DNA of 59,857 nt from a virus (Duplodnaviria > Caudoviricetes). The notes below the pieces were generated by a model. That model ran no database searches and had not been told where the DNA came from. It saw only the letters and a program-made list of their open reading frames with translations. The translations under genes were made by a program, and so were the position numbers. Positions 37,177 through 45,759 of this stretch are shown here, one piece after another. Location: positions 1 through 59,857 of IMG/VR virus record IMGVR_UViG_3300012347_000101; one strand, 5' to 3'. Within the stretch, counting starts at the first letter, position 1; each line of letters starts with the position of its first letter.

Positions 37177-37754
37177 ATTTTCAAATCGTAAACATTCGCG
37201 GCTGTAACGGCTCAGGCAAGACCACAATCGTGCGCCGGTTCCTTGATCGCCTGCACACCGTCAAGCTCGGCCCTAACCAGAGCAAGCCTTGGGGCTATAG
37301 TGTTGACGCCTCTGCTTGGGGTATCCAGACCCCGATCATGGTCATCGGCTCGTATGAGAACACCTGTGGTGGTACTGATGGTATTAGCACTCAGGAAGAG
37401 ATCGCTGACCGCGTGGTTAGGGCTCGTGACTACGGACATGTGCTGGTTGAAGGTTTGCTCATGAGCAAAAGTTCCGCTGGTGGTCACGTAGCTCCGATCC
37501 TAAAAGACTACGGCGCTATCTTCGGGTTCCTTGACACGCCTTGGGATGTCTGCTTGCAGCGCGTGCTTGACCGCCGTAAGGCCGCCGGCAACGACAAGCC
37601 GTTCGACCCCGAGAAGACCATGCGCTCGGCCTATGAACAATGTCACCGCTCGGCTGAGCTGTTGACTCAAGCCGGTGGGTATGATGTCCGCTGGATCGAC
37701 CACCTGAACGCCGTCGGAACCGTCGTGCAATATTTGAAAGATGCTGAAGTATGA
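37173..37754 (+). CDS. P-loop nucleotide kinase associated with base modification
   Basis: IRGCNGSGKTT, IGSYENTCGGTD, LDTP...CLQRVLDRR lid. Confidence 0.8.
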   Translation: MNFQIVNIRGCNGSGKTTIVRRFLDRLHTVKLGPNQSKPWGYSVDASAWGIQTPIMVIGSYENTCGGTDGISTQEEIADRVVRARDYGHVLVEGLLMSKSSAGGHVAPILKDYGAIFGFLDTPWDVCLQRVLDRRKAAGNDKPFDPEKTMRSAYEQCHRSAELLTQAGGYDVRWIDHLNAVGTVVQYLKDAEV

Positions 37755-37984
37755 AAGTTAAATTTAGCGGTTGGCCTTGGCAGCCGGTTTATGATCATTG
37801 GTCCACCGGCCTCGACAAGACGGCTGGCGAAAAGTGGGGTTGGAACCCGTTCAAAGTTAAAGGTGCTGGTCGCTTCGGCGGTTGGTGGGCGTTCAAGTTC
37901 GGAATCACAATCTCGAGCAGTCTGCGGGACGTTATCATCGACCTAGGAATAGGTTCAATCCGCATCACTGGAGAACGTAAATGA
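37751..37984 (+). CDS. Hypothetical Trp/Gly-rich protein
   Basis: ATGA overlaps on both sides. Confidence 0.6.
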   Translation: MKVKFSGWPWQPVYDHWSTGLDKTAGEKWGWNPFKVKGAGRFGGWWAFKFGITISSSLRDVIIDLGIGSIRITGERK

Positions 37985-38898
37985 TTGATGTCTGCCCGTA
38001 CAAGCGCCCTGACGAGCGCACCGTGACCTCGCTTGAGGGGTTGCTGTACTTCGTCTGGGAACGTGAAGCCGTTCGAGTCGCCAAAGAGGGCGGCTGGCCG
38101 GTTGACTCACTCACCAATGACCCTGTACTCAAGAAGTACAAGTTCACCAATATTCGCCGCCGTGATGATCGTGTCTCTCAGTGGGTCATTGATCACTTGA
38201 TTGAGCCTCACTACGATGACAGCAGTTTGTGGTTTACGTTGCTCATCGCGCGCCTAATCAACTGGCCCCCGACCTTGCAGGCGTTGATGCATGAACGCGT
38301 CATCCCTTGCGGCCCTTACGAGTTTGACGCTGAGTTGTTCTCAGTGACGATTGAGGCGCTCAAGGGTGACGGAGCTAAGGTCTACTCGGGCGCTTACATG
38401 GTCTACCCGACCAAGATGGACGTGGGGGGTAACAAGTCTTCCGCGATCGCCACGCATATCATCGGGGACGTCATCAAACACTCGGATGATATCCACTCGG
38501 CGCTCTGGTATTGCCAGCCCACGGTGGCGGGGTTTGTCGAGGCGCTCTCTAAATGTTTTGGCCTGAGCACTTTTATGGCGGGCCAAGTGGCTGCTGATTT
38601 GACATATTGCCCTCACCTGAGTGGGGCGGCTGATTTGTTCACCTACGCGCCAATCGGCCCAGGAAGCTCTCGCGGTCTGAACTACTTGAAGGGCCGCCGC
38701 CCGTTTGCGAGCTGGGGTCAGGCGGACTTCAACAAGGCGCTCATCGAGGTGCGCGAGGCGATTGAAGAGCGCCTTGACATACAAGACATGACGCTACATG
38801 ATGTGCAAAACGTTATGTGCGAATTCAGCAAGTATTGCCGCTGTGTCCTGAATGAGGGCGTCCCTAAAACTATCTACAAACCCGAGGAGTTGTTCTAA
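37981..38898 (+). CDS. 5-hydroxymethyluracil DNA kinase (aGPT-Pplase1 family)
   Basis: ERE, T.DPVL..YKFTNIRR.DDRVS, YSGAY, FMAGQVAADL, GPGS.RGL, CEFSKY. Confidence 0.85.
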   Translation: MIDVCPYKRPDERTVTSLEGLLYFVWEREAVRVAKEGGWPVDSLTNDPVLKKYKFTNIRRRDDRVSQWVIDHLIEPHYDDSSLWFTLLIARLINWPPTLQALMHERVIPCGPYEFDAELFSVTIEALKGDGAKVYSGAYMVYPTKMDVGGNKSSAIATHIIGDVIKHSDDIHSALWYCQPTVAGFVEALSKCFGLSTFMAGQVAADLTYCPHLSGAADLFTYAPIGPGSSRGLNYLKGRRPFASWGQADFNKALIEVREAIEERLDIQDMTLHDVQNVMCEFSKYCRCVLNEGVPKTIYKPEELF

Positions 38899-39894
38899 AT
38901 GGAAATTACTGTACGCAACGTGAATCAGGCTTTTGGTGAGGTCTTCTGGAAGATGAAGGCGCTCGGGCTCAAGCCTGAAAACACCCGTAACGGCCCCGCG
39001 CTCGTGTTCCCTGAGCCGGTCATCACCACCTACCGCTACCCGCAGGAGCGAGTGTTGTTCCACAAGGGGCGCGATGCGAACCCGATATTCCATCTGATGG
39101 AGTCGATCTGGATGCTAGCGGGCCGCCGTGACGTGCAGTTCCTGCAGCACTTCAACAGCACTATTGGCCAGTTCAGCGATGACGGCAAGGTGTTCAACGC
39201 TGCATACGGCTACCGCTGGCGTAGGCACTTCGGGTTTGACCAACTTGAGGAAGTCATCAAAGCCCTGCGCCGTGACCCTGAAACCCGTCAGGCCGTTATT
39301 CAGATGTGGGATCAAGATGACCTCGTCAAGCGTACTAAGGACAAGGCGTGTAACACACAGGTCGTCTTTGACACCCGTGGTAACAAACTGAACATGACCG
39401 TGTTCAACCGCTCTAATGACATCTGGTGGGGTGCCTACGGCGCTAACGCTGTGCACTTCAGTTTCCTGCAAGAGTTCGTCGCCTGCGCCATCGGTATGCG
39501 CTGTGGGGCTTACCGTCAGGTGAGTAACAATCTTCACTTGTACACTGAAGTCTACAACGCCACAAAGTATGTGGAATCACCCCCGAACCATGAAGACTTT
39601 GACCTGTATTCATCGGGTATCGTTCGCCCCACACCTATCATGCTCAACGGCGACTACAAGTCGTTCCTAGCTGACTGTGAGAAGTTCTGCTGCGATCCGT
39701 TCAATCAGTCAGCTGAGTACAAGAATCCGTTCTTCACGCATGTGGCGCAGCCGATGGCCATGGTCAGCCGCATTCGCAAGATCCGCGCCGGTGACGGCAC
39801 AGGCTTCGCTGCTAAGATCCGCGCTCAAGACTGGAAGCGCGCGGTGTTCGATTGGATCCACAAGCGCGAATTGCTTAGGGCCGAGAAAGAGTAA
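38899..39894 (+). CDS. Thymidylate synthase superfamily dUMP hydroxymethylase
   Basis: TRNG, ANP.F...E, AYG.R, catalytic ACN, NRSND, GANAVHF (Asn indicates dUMP specificity), NLHLY; adjacent to the 5-hmdU kinase. Confidence 0.85.
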   Translation: MEITVRNVNQAFGEVFWKMKALGLKPENTRNGPALVFPEPVITTYRYPQERVLFHKGRDANPIFHLMESIWMLAGRRDVQFLQHFNSTIGQFSDDGKVFNAAYGYRWRRHFGFDQLEEVIKALRRDPETRQAVIQMWDQDDLVKRTKDKACNTQVVFDTRGNKLNMTVFNRSNDIWWGAYGANAVHFSFLQEFVACAIGMRCGAYRQVSNNLHLYTEVYNATKYVESPPNHEDFDLYSSGIVRPTPIMLNGDYKSFLADCEKFCCDPFNQSAEYKNPFFTHVAQPMAMVSRIRKIRAGDGTGFAAKIRAQDWKRAVFDWIHKRELLRAEKE

Positions 39895-39908
39895 ATCATG
39901 AATACCGG

Positions 39909-39956
39909 CGCGATTTGAAAATACAATCGCGCTGGTGTTAAATCTGAGGCTAAAAT
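39909..39956 (+). promoter_or_regulatory. Promoter with 23-bp palindromic box and TAAAAT -10
   Basis: CGCGATTTGAAAATACAATCGCG, 19 bp, TAAAAT; the palindrome extends to a 15-bp stem 39901-39939. Confidence 0.6.
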
Positions 39957-39962
39957 TCAACT

Positions 39963-40108
39963 CATGCTGACGGACAAGTAGGTTTGAAGCCAGTAGCGAA
40001 CACGAGTAACCCCTAGGGGTGAAGGGCTAGTAGTGAAGACGATGAAATCCGAACCTCCTAAATGCATGTCGTGCAGACGTAAAGGCTGACGCCTCGGAAA
40101 GACGAGGG
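39963..40108 (+). ncRNA. Candidate structured leader RNA
   Basis: CAUGC/GCAUG, AGGUUUG/CGAACCU, ACCC-CUAG-GGGU and CCUCG-GAAAGA-CGAGG stems; no ORF in the track. Confidence 0.4.
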
Positions 40109-40136
40109 CTTATAACTGAATAACTGGAGTAACTTG

Positions 40137-40262
40137 ATGAAATTTGACACCTCTGAACTTTTGAAGATCTTGGCGCACTTGTCCCTTGAGGGTGAGACGT
40201 TTGAGATTTGCCGCGCGGCGCTCAAACTTCAAGTCGCCCTGCAAGCTGCTCAGCGCGGTTGA
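40137..40262 (+). CDS. 41-aa helical peptide (not in the ORF track)
   Basis: GGAG RBS; MKFDTSELLKILAHLSLEGETFEICRAALKLQVALQAAQRG. Confidence 0.6.
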   Translation: MKFDTSELLKILAHLSLEGETFEICRAALKLQVALQAAQRG

Positions 40263-40292
40263 CCGTATAACTTGATAACTGGAGTAACTTGA

Positions 40293-40793
40293 ATGCGACA
40301 CACCCTTGAATTTATTATGGCCGGCAGTGAGGTCAAGCGGTATCACACCGTGCGCACACTGACGACCGAAACCGTGGGGCACCACTCTCACGGCGTGGCA
40401 ATGCTTTGCCTGTTGTTGAAGCCTGCCGCCTCTGAAAACCTGTTAAAAGCCGCGCTGTATCATGACCTCGCCGAGTGCATCACAGGTGACATTCCTTCCC
40501 CTGCTAAGCGCCTTTACGGTATCGGTACTCAAGTCAGTGATCTTGAAGACAAGTTACTGGCTGACCACGGTTTGCAGATGCCGAAACTTTGGCCCGCTGA
40601 GAAACGCATCCTCAAACTGGCTGACATCGCTCAAGGTGCGTTGTTCTGCACCCGTGAGGTCGAGCTGGGCAACCGCAAAATGAGCCTCATCTACGCTCGC
40701 TATATCTCTTACGCTGAGGACATGATCCTCGTTGGGCGCGAGCGCGAACTCTTCGATTTCATCAACACTAAATTTTTGGAGATCTTCAAATGA
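40293..40793 (+). CDS. HD-domain deoxynucleotide phosphohydrolase (YfbR-like)
   Basis: KRYH...ETVGHHS, ALYHDLAE.ITGDIPSP.K, KLAD. Confidence 0.85.
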   Translation: MRHTLEFIMAGSEVKRYHTVRTLTTETVGHHSHGVAMLCLLLKPAASENLLKAALYHDLAECITGDIPSPAKRLYGIGTQVSDLEDKLLADHGLQMPKLWPAEKRILKLADIAQGALFCTREVELGNRKMSLIYARYISYAEDMILVGRERELFDFINTKFLEIFK

Positions 40794-41227
40794 CTGCAAA
40801 CACTATGCAAATCGGCGGCAACCACTACCGCTCAGGTATCCAGCACTGGGACTTGATGGACGACTACCGTGTCGGCTATCTTGAGGCCGCCGCGACTAAG
40901 TACATCACCCGCTGGCGCAACAAAGACGGCGTCAAGGACTTGCAGAAGGCTTTGCACTTCGTCAAGAAACTCGCTGAGAAGCGTCAAGACGCGCCGCAGG
41001 TTGAGATCTCTGAGCGCATCCCTCAGGTGCCCCGTCAGGCTATCAACAAGTTCCTCGAGGCTAATCAGCTCACCGGCGACGATGCCGACATCATTAGCCA
41101 CCTGCTCACTTGGCAGAGTACCGGTACTTTACACCTTGTTGCGGGTCGCATTCAGCAGGTCATCAACGGCGCTACGCCTGATGACGGCGCTGACGCCTCA
41201 ATCGGTTACGTCAATCAGGATCGTTAA
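40790..41227 (+). CDS. DUF3310 (SaV/T7 gp1.7-like) protein; possible nucleotide kinase
   Basis: QIGGNHY...KYITRWRNKDGVKDLQKA.H. Confidence 0.8.
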   Translation: MTANTMQIGGNHYRSGIQHWDLMDDYRVGYLEAAATKYITRWRNKDGVKDLQKALHFVKKLAEKRQDAPQVEISERIPQVPRQAINKFLEANQLTGDDADIISHLLTWQSTGTLHLVAGRIQQVINGATPDDGADASIGYVNQDR

Positions 41228-43068
41228 TGCCTACTTTCGTGTTCGACATCGAGACACTCCCCAACTACACTCTGGTGTCCTTCAAGGACATCGAGTCGAA
41301 GGAGTATTTCCGCTTCCGCCGTAACGAGCCGGACGCAGTCGAGCGCCTGAAAGCCTTCCTCAACTCTGATGACACGTACATCGGGTTCAACAGCAACAGC
41401 TTTGACAACATCGTGCTGGCGGCCTTCCTAGCAGGGCGCACAACGATTGAGATCAAGCGCATAGCTGATGACCTGATTGTGAACCGTGTGTCACCTTGGC
41501 AGGCGTACACCAAATACTCCCTGCTGCGCCCTGCGATTGACACCATCGATTTGATTGAGGTTGCACCCTCATTTGTTGGCCTCAAAGCCTACGGCGCGCG
41601 TATGCATATGCCGCTGCTGCAGGACATGCCGATAGCTCACGACGAGTGGATCACTGAAGAGCAGCGCCCTATTGTTGACTCGTACTGCGACAACGACTTG
41701 GACACCACGGAAGAGCTGGTCAACCGGCTCGAGCCTGAGCTGATGCTCCGCATCGCGATGTCTAAGCAGTATGGCGTGGACATGCGTAGCAAGTCTGATG
41801 CGCAAATGGCTGAGCAGGCGTACATCACCTCGATGGGCCTGCAACGCCGTGACAACAAGATCCCTAAGACGATCACCTACACGCCGCCCGCCTTCCTGAA
41901 GTTTCAAGACGCCGAGCTGCAACACCTGCTTGAAAGGGTCTCCCGCCATGTCTTCGATATCAACCAAGCAACAGGACATGTTATCCTACCTGACTTTCTT
42001 GGCGGGGAAGTCATCAGCTTTGGGAGCGGAACCTATCAGCTCGGTGTTGGCGGCATCCATAGCACCCACGATAAGTCAGTTTGCTACGTTGCCGGCGGAG
42101 AAACAATCTGCGATATTGACGCAGCTAGCTTCTACCCGAGCATCATCCTTGAGTGCGGATTTGTACCTGCGAGCCTTGGAAAGCGGTTTGTCGATGAGTA
42201 TCGTCAAATTTACGAGCGACGACTTGAAGCTAAGCGTACAGGAGATAAAGCAACCAATGAAACCCTGAAGATTTCGCTCAACGGCACGTTCGGCAAGCTC
42301 GCTTCTAAGTACTCTGTGTTGTACTCGCCTGACCTGATGCTCGCCGTTACGCTCACCGGCCAGTTCACATTGCTGATGCTGATTGAGTGGCTCGAAATCC
42401 TCGGGGCTACCACCCTTAGCGCCAACACTGACGGCATCGCGATCCGTTACGGAAACCACCTCGAGGCTGGCGTTCAGAAGGTGGTTAAGCGTTTCAGCGA
42501 GGTGTCTCGGTTTGAATTTGAGTTCACGCCGTACCGTGTACTGGCTATGAAAGACGTCAACAACTACATCGCGGTCAAACCTGACCGTAAACTGAAGGCG
42601 AAGGGAATCTATGCTCCACTCTCTCTTAAGAAAAACCCGACTGCTCAGGTGGCAGCGGATGCAGTGTCGGAATGGTTGGCAACGGGAACTCCGTTTCAAG
42701 ATACGATTAAAGCTGCGCCTTTCACAGATTTTATCAGTGCGCGTAACGTCACGGGTGGCGGTGAGCAAAATGGCGTGCCCCTCGGTAAAGTTGTCCGGTG
42801 GTATCAATCGTCGGATGCTAGCCTACCGCCACTTAAGTACATTAAAAATGGCAACAAAGTACCAAAGACGGAAGGCGCGCGGGCGTGTATGACTTTGAAA
42901 GACAAGGTCACGCATCCCGCAGACCTTGACTACGAATGGTATCATAAAGAGGCAATCAAGATCGCACTCGCGGTTGGGTGTCACGCATACCTCACTGACG
43001 AACAGCTTAAACTTGTTGCCCCGCCCCCAAAGAAAACTCGAAAGAAGAAAACAGATGTCACAACATGA
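41227..43068 (+). CDS. Family B DNA polymerase with 3'-5' exonuclease
   Basis: Exo FDIE, FN...FD, YC.ND; polymerase DAASFYPS, KISLNGTFGK, NTDG, DVNNY. Confidence 0.9.
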   Translation: MPTFVFDIETLPNYTLVSFKDIESKEYFRFRRNEPDAVERLKAFLNSDDTYIGFNSNSFDNIVLAAFLAGRTTIEIKRIADDLIVNRVSPWQAYTKYSLLRPAIDTIDLIEVAPSFVGLKAYGARMHMPLLQDMPIAHDEWITEEQRPIVDSYCDNDLDTTEELVNRLEPELMLRIAMSKQYGVDMRSKSDAQMAEQAYITSMGLQRRDNKIPKTITYTPPAFLKFQDAELQHLLERVSRHVFDINQATGHVILPDFLGGEVISFGSGTYQLGVGGIHSTHDKSVCYVAGGETICDIDAASFYPSIILECGFVPASLGKRFVDEYRQIYERRLEAKRTGDKATNETLKISLNGTFGKLASKYSVLYSPDLMLAVTLTGQFTLLMLIEWLEILGATTLSANTDGIAIRYGNHLEAGVQKVVKRFSEVSRFEFEFTPYRVLAMKDVNNYIAVKPDRKLKAKGIYAPLSLKKNPTAQVAADAVSEWLATGTPFQDTIKAAPFTDFISARNVTGGGEQNGVPLGKVVRWYQSSDASLPPLKYIKNGNKVPKTEGARACMTLKDKVTHPADLDYEWYHKEAIKIALAVGCHAYLTDEQLKLVAPPPKKTRKKKTDVTT

Positions 43069-43387
43069 ACTCGGTAACACTCGCACGGTCTACGTCGTGC
43101 AGGTGGACAACAATAAGGACTTGTCTGACGCCAAAAAGTATGGGGCGTTACGGGCAGTGTTTGCGAACCCACGCAAGCCTTATGACACAGACAGTATGGT
43201 CGCCAAGGCGCGCCATATTTTGAAGGATTGGCAAGAAGGCGACTTCTTGTTGATGATTGGAGACCCTGCGTTGTGTGCAATATGCACAGCGATCGTCTCT
43301 GACATGGTTGGTAAAGTAGACCTGCTCAGCTGGGATAGGAATACTTTTCAGTACGTACCGCAAGAGTGGTATTTTGACGGGGCGTAA
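43055..43387 (+). CDS. Small alpha/beta hypothetical protein (start ATG 43055)
   Basis: VYVVQ...A.KYG...DFLL.IGDP...LLSWD. Confidence 0.65.
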   Translation: MSQHELGNTRTVYVVQVDNNKDLSDAKKYGALRAVFANPRKPYDTDSMVAKARHILKDWQEGDFLLMIGDPALCAICTAIVSDMVGKVDLLSWDRNTFQYVPQEWYFDGA

Positions 43388-43417
43388 GCCTCATAACTTA
43401 GAAAGTGAGAAAGTAAA

Positions 43418-44158
43418 ATGGCAAATTGGATGGACAATCTTCGGGTCGGCAAGCAAGCCGTCCCACCCCGTATCTGCATTTATGGCGGACACGGTATCGG
43501 TAAGTCAACACTGGCAAGCCAGTTCCCCGCGCCCATCTTCATCAGCACCGAAGACGGCTTGGACTCGCTTGATGTGACCTCGTTCCCCCGCGCTAAAACG
43601 CTGACCGATGTGGTTGACAGCATCAAGACCCTGCTCAAAGAAGACCACGAGTTCAAGACTGTGGTGGTTGACTCGGTGGACTGGTTGATTGAGCCGCTGA
43701 TTGTTGAGAGCGTTAACTCTAAGTATGACGACAAGGAACAATCGTTCGGCAAAGGTCAGATGTTCATCGCAGAGGAGTTCCGTGAGATCCTGCAAGGGCT
43801 TGACGCACTCCGCTTGAAAAAGGGTATGAATGTGGTGCTCATTGCTCACGCCGCTGTGGTCAAGTTTGAAGACCCCCGCACCGAGCCGTATGACCGCTAT
43901 CAGCCTAAGCTGCCTAACCGCTGCAATGCGTTGTTGCAGGAGTGGGCCGATGTGCTGGCGTTCGCGGCCTTCAAAGTCATCATCAAGAAAGACGACTCAG
44001 GCTTTAACGCTAAGAAGACTCGCGGCACCACCAACGGTGACCGCCTGCTGCACTTTATTGAGACCCCAGCGTATGCGGCTAAGAACCGTTACGACTGCCC
44101 CGAGGACATCGAGATGACAATCGAGAACCTCGCCAAACTGATCCCTATCGCTCACTAA
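43418..44158 (+). CDS. Sak4-like (AAA_24) ssDNA annealing ATPase
   Basis: IYG..GIGKST, TEDG, TVVVDSVDW, LIAH, AKNR. Confidence 0.88.
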   Translation: MANWMDNLRVGKQAVPPRICIYGGHGIGKSTLASQFPAPIFISTEDGLDSLDVTSFPRAKTLTDVVDSIKTLLKEDHEFKTVVVDSVDWLIEPLIVESVNSKYDDKEQSFGKGQMFIAEEFREILQGLDALRLKKGMNVVLIAHAAVVKFEDPRTEPYDRYQPKLPNRCNALLQEWADVLAFAAFKVIIKKDDSGFNAKKTRGTTNGDRLLHFIETPAYAAKNRYDCPEDIEMTIENLAKLIPIAH

Positions 44159-44187
44159 TCCCCCCGCCATTTCAAAGGAGAAACAAC

Positions 44188-44682
44188 ATGGCTAAATTTG
44201 GTTTTGACACGTCTGAAGTCGACGTTAACGACATCCCTTCCGGTAACTACGACCCCATCCCTGATGGCGAGTACACGCTCGTTGCCTTGGACGCCGAAGA
44301 GAAAAGCACCGCCGCTGGTGGTGAGATGATCAAGGTTAAGTTCGAAGTCGTCGGCGGCGAACACAACGGTCGCTTCATCTGGCAGAACTTCAACGTGGTC
44401 AACAAGAGCGAGATGGCTCAAAAGATCGGTCGTCAACAGCTCGTGGCTTGGGCTACCGCCTGCGGCAAAGCAGACTGCGACGATACCGACAAGTTGATCG
44501 GCAAGAAGTTCCAAGCCGAGGTGGGTATTGAGAAGGGTACCGGCGGCTACAAAGACAGCAACCGTGTGCGCGCATTCTTGTTCGCTGCGGAAGAGAAGCC
44601 CGCTCGCGCCGCTGCAAAGGCCACCGCCCCCGCAAAGGCTGCTGCTCCTGCCGGTGAGAAGAAGGCAAATCCTTGGGACTAA
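44188..44682 (+). CDS. Single-stranded DNA-binding protein (DUF669-like)
   Basis: PIPDGEY, OB-like strands, C-terminal PWD; follows Sak4. Confidence 0.8.
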   Translation: MAKFGFDTSEVDVNDIPSGNYDPIPDGEYTLVALDAEEKSTAAGGEMIKVKFEVVGGEHNGRFIWQNFNVVNKSEMAQKIGRQQLVAWATACGKADCDDTDKLIGKKFQAEVGIEKGTGGYKDSNRVRAFLFAAEEKPARAAAKATAPAKAAAPAGEKKANPWD

Positions 44683-44753
44683 CCTGAGTTCGACCCCCTG
44701 CGCTTCCGATTAACCGGAGCTACAGACCCTGCGTAGGGGGTCACCCTCTAAAC

Positions 44754-44945
44754 ATGAAACATCTCATAGTCCTAACGCTGCTAGTGTTCGTATGTTATTT
44801 CGGTTGGTACTACCTACCGGAAGAAGCTAAGGACATTTTGCGTAAGTGGCGTGGTACGCATCTGTTCAAGGTGCTCATGCTGTTCTTACTCGTGTGGCTC
44901 GCGTTCATTACACAGGCCACTTTTGGTTCAGGAAAAATCTTCTAA
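44754..44945 (+). CDS. Small two-TM membrane protein
   Basis: Two hydrophobic segments; precedes the SPFH gene. Confidence 0.55.
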   Translation: MKHLIVLTLLVFVCYFGWYYLPEEAKDILRKWRGTHLFKVLMLFLLVWLAFITQATFGSGKIF

Positions 44946-44955
44946 GGAAACGAAT

Positions 44956-45759
44956 ATGAAAAAGCTATTGATCATCATAGCAGCTTTTTGGCTCACGGCG
45001 TGTTCTCAAATTGACACGGGTAATATCGGTGTGGAGTCTACGCTCGGGCAGGTCAAACATGAGACCATGCCTCCAGGGGTGTACTTCACGATGTTCAAGC
45101 GCGTGACTGAGGTCTCCGCTAAAGAGCTGCTGCTCAAGTTTGACGACATGAAGCCGCAGACGTCTGACAAGATCACGCTGTCTGACTTGGACGTGGACAT
45201 CTACATCCAAATTGACCCTAGCAAGGCGGCTGACATCATGACCCGCTGGCCAGGAGACGTGACGTATGAGAAAGGTGAAGACGGCGCTCGTATCGGTATG
45301 AACTACGTTACCCGTCAAGCCCGTGAGAACATCTACAACACGGTGACTAAGTACGGCTCCGCTACGGTTCACACCGAGCGCACCGCTATCGCGGCTGACG
45401 TGGTTAAGCAGTTGCAGGCCGACCTTGATGAGTCCGCCGGCAAAGGTTGGTTCTTTGTTCGCTCGGCTAACGTGCGTAACCTCGTGACTGACCCTGCGCT
45501 TGAGAAGGCTATCATGGAAGCGGCTAACCGCCAGTTCCAGATCAACGCCAAGCAGAAAGAAGTCGAGCTGGCTAAGGCTGAAGCCGAGCGCATGCGTGTT
45601 GAGGCACAAGGTGTGGCTGACGCGATTCGCATCAAAGCCTCGGCGGTGTCTGCTCAAGGCGGGCAGCAGTTTGTTGACCTCGAGGCCATCAAGAAGTGGG
45701 ACGGAAAGTTACCGCAGACAATGTCAGGTAACGCTACCCCGTTCATACACGTTAAATAA
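44956..45759 (+). CDS. SPFH/band-7 (prohibitin-like) lipoprotein
   Basis: LTAC lipobox, IDTGNIGV, AEAER..VEAQG.ADA, IKKWDGKLP. Confidence 0.88.
   Translation: MKKLLIIIAAFWLTACSQIDTGNIGVESTLGQVKHETMPPGVYFTMFKRVTEVSAKELLLKFDDMKPQTSDKITLSDLDVDIYIQIDPSKAADIMTRWPGDVTYEKGEDGARIGMNYVTRQARENIYNTVTKYGSATVHTERTAIAADVVKQLQADLDESAGKGWFFVRSANVRNLVTDPALEKAIMEAANRQFQINAKQKEVELAKAEAERMRVEAQGVADAIRIKASAVSAQGGQQFVDLEAIKKWDGKLPQTMSGNATPFIHVK

Noticed and set aside
38899-39894. Ordinary ThyA or dCMP hydroxymethylase
   Set aside because: Abuts a 5-hmdU DNA kinase, no DHFR was seen, and it has Asn rather than Asp at the specificity position
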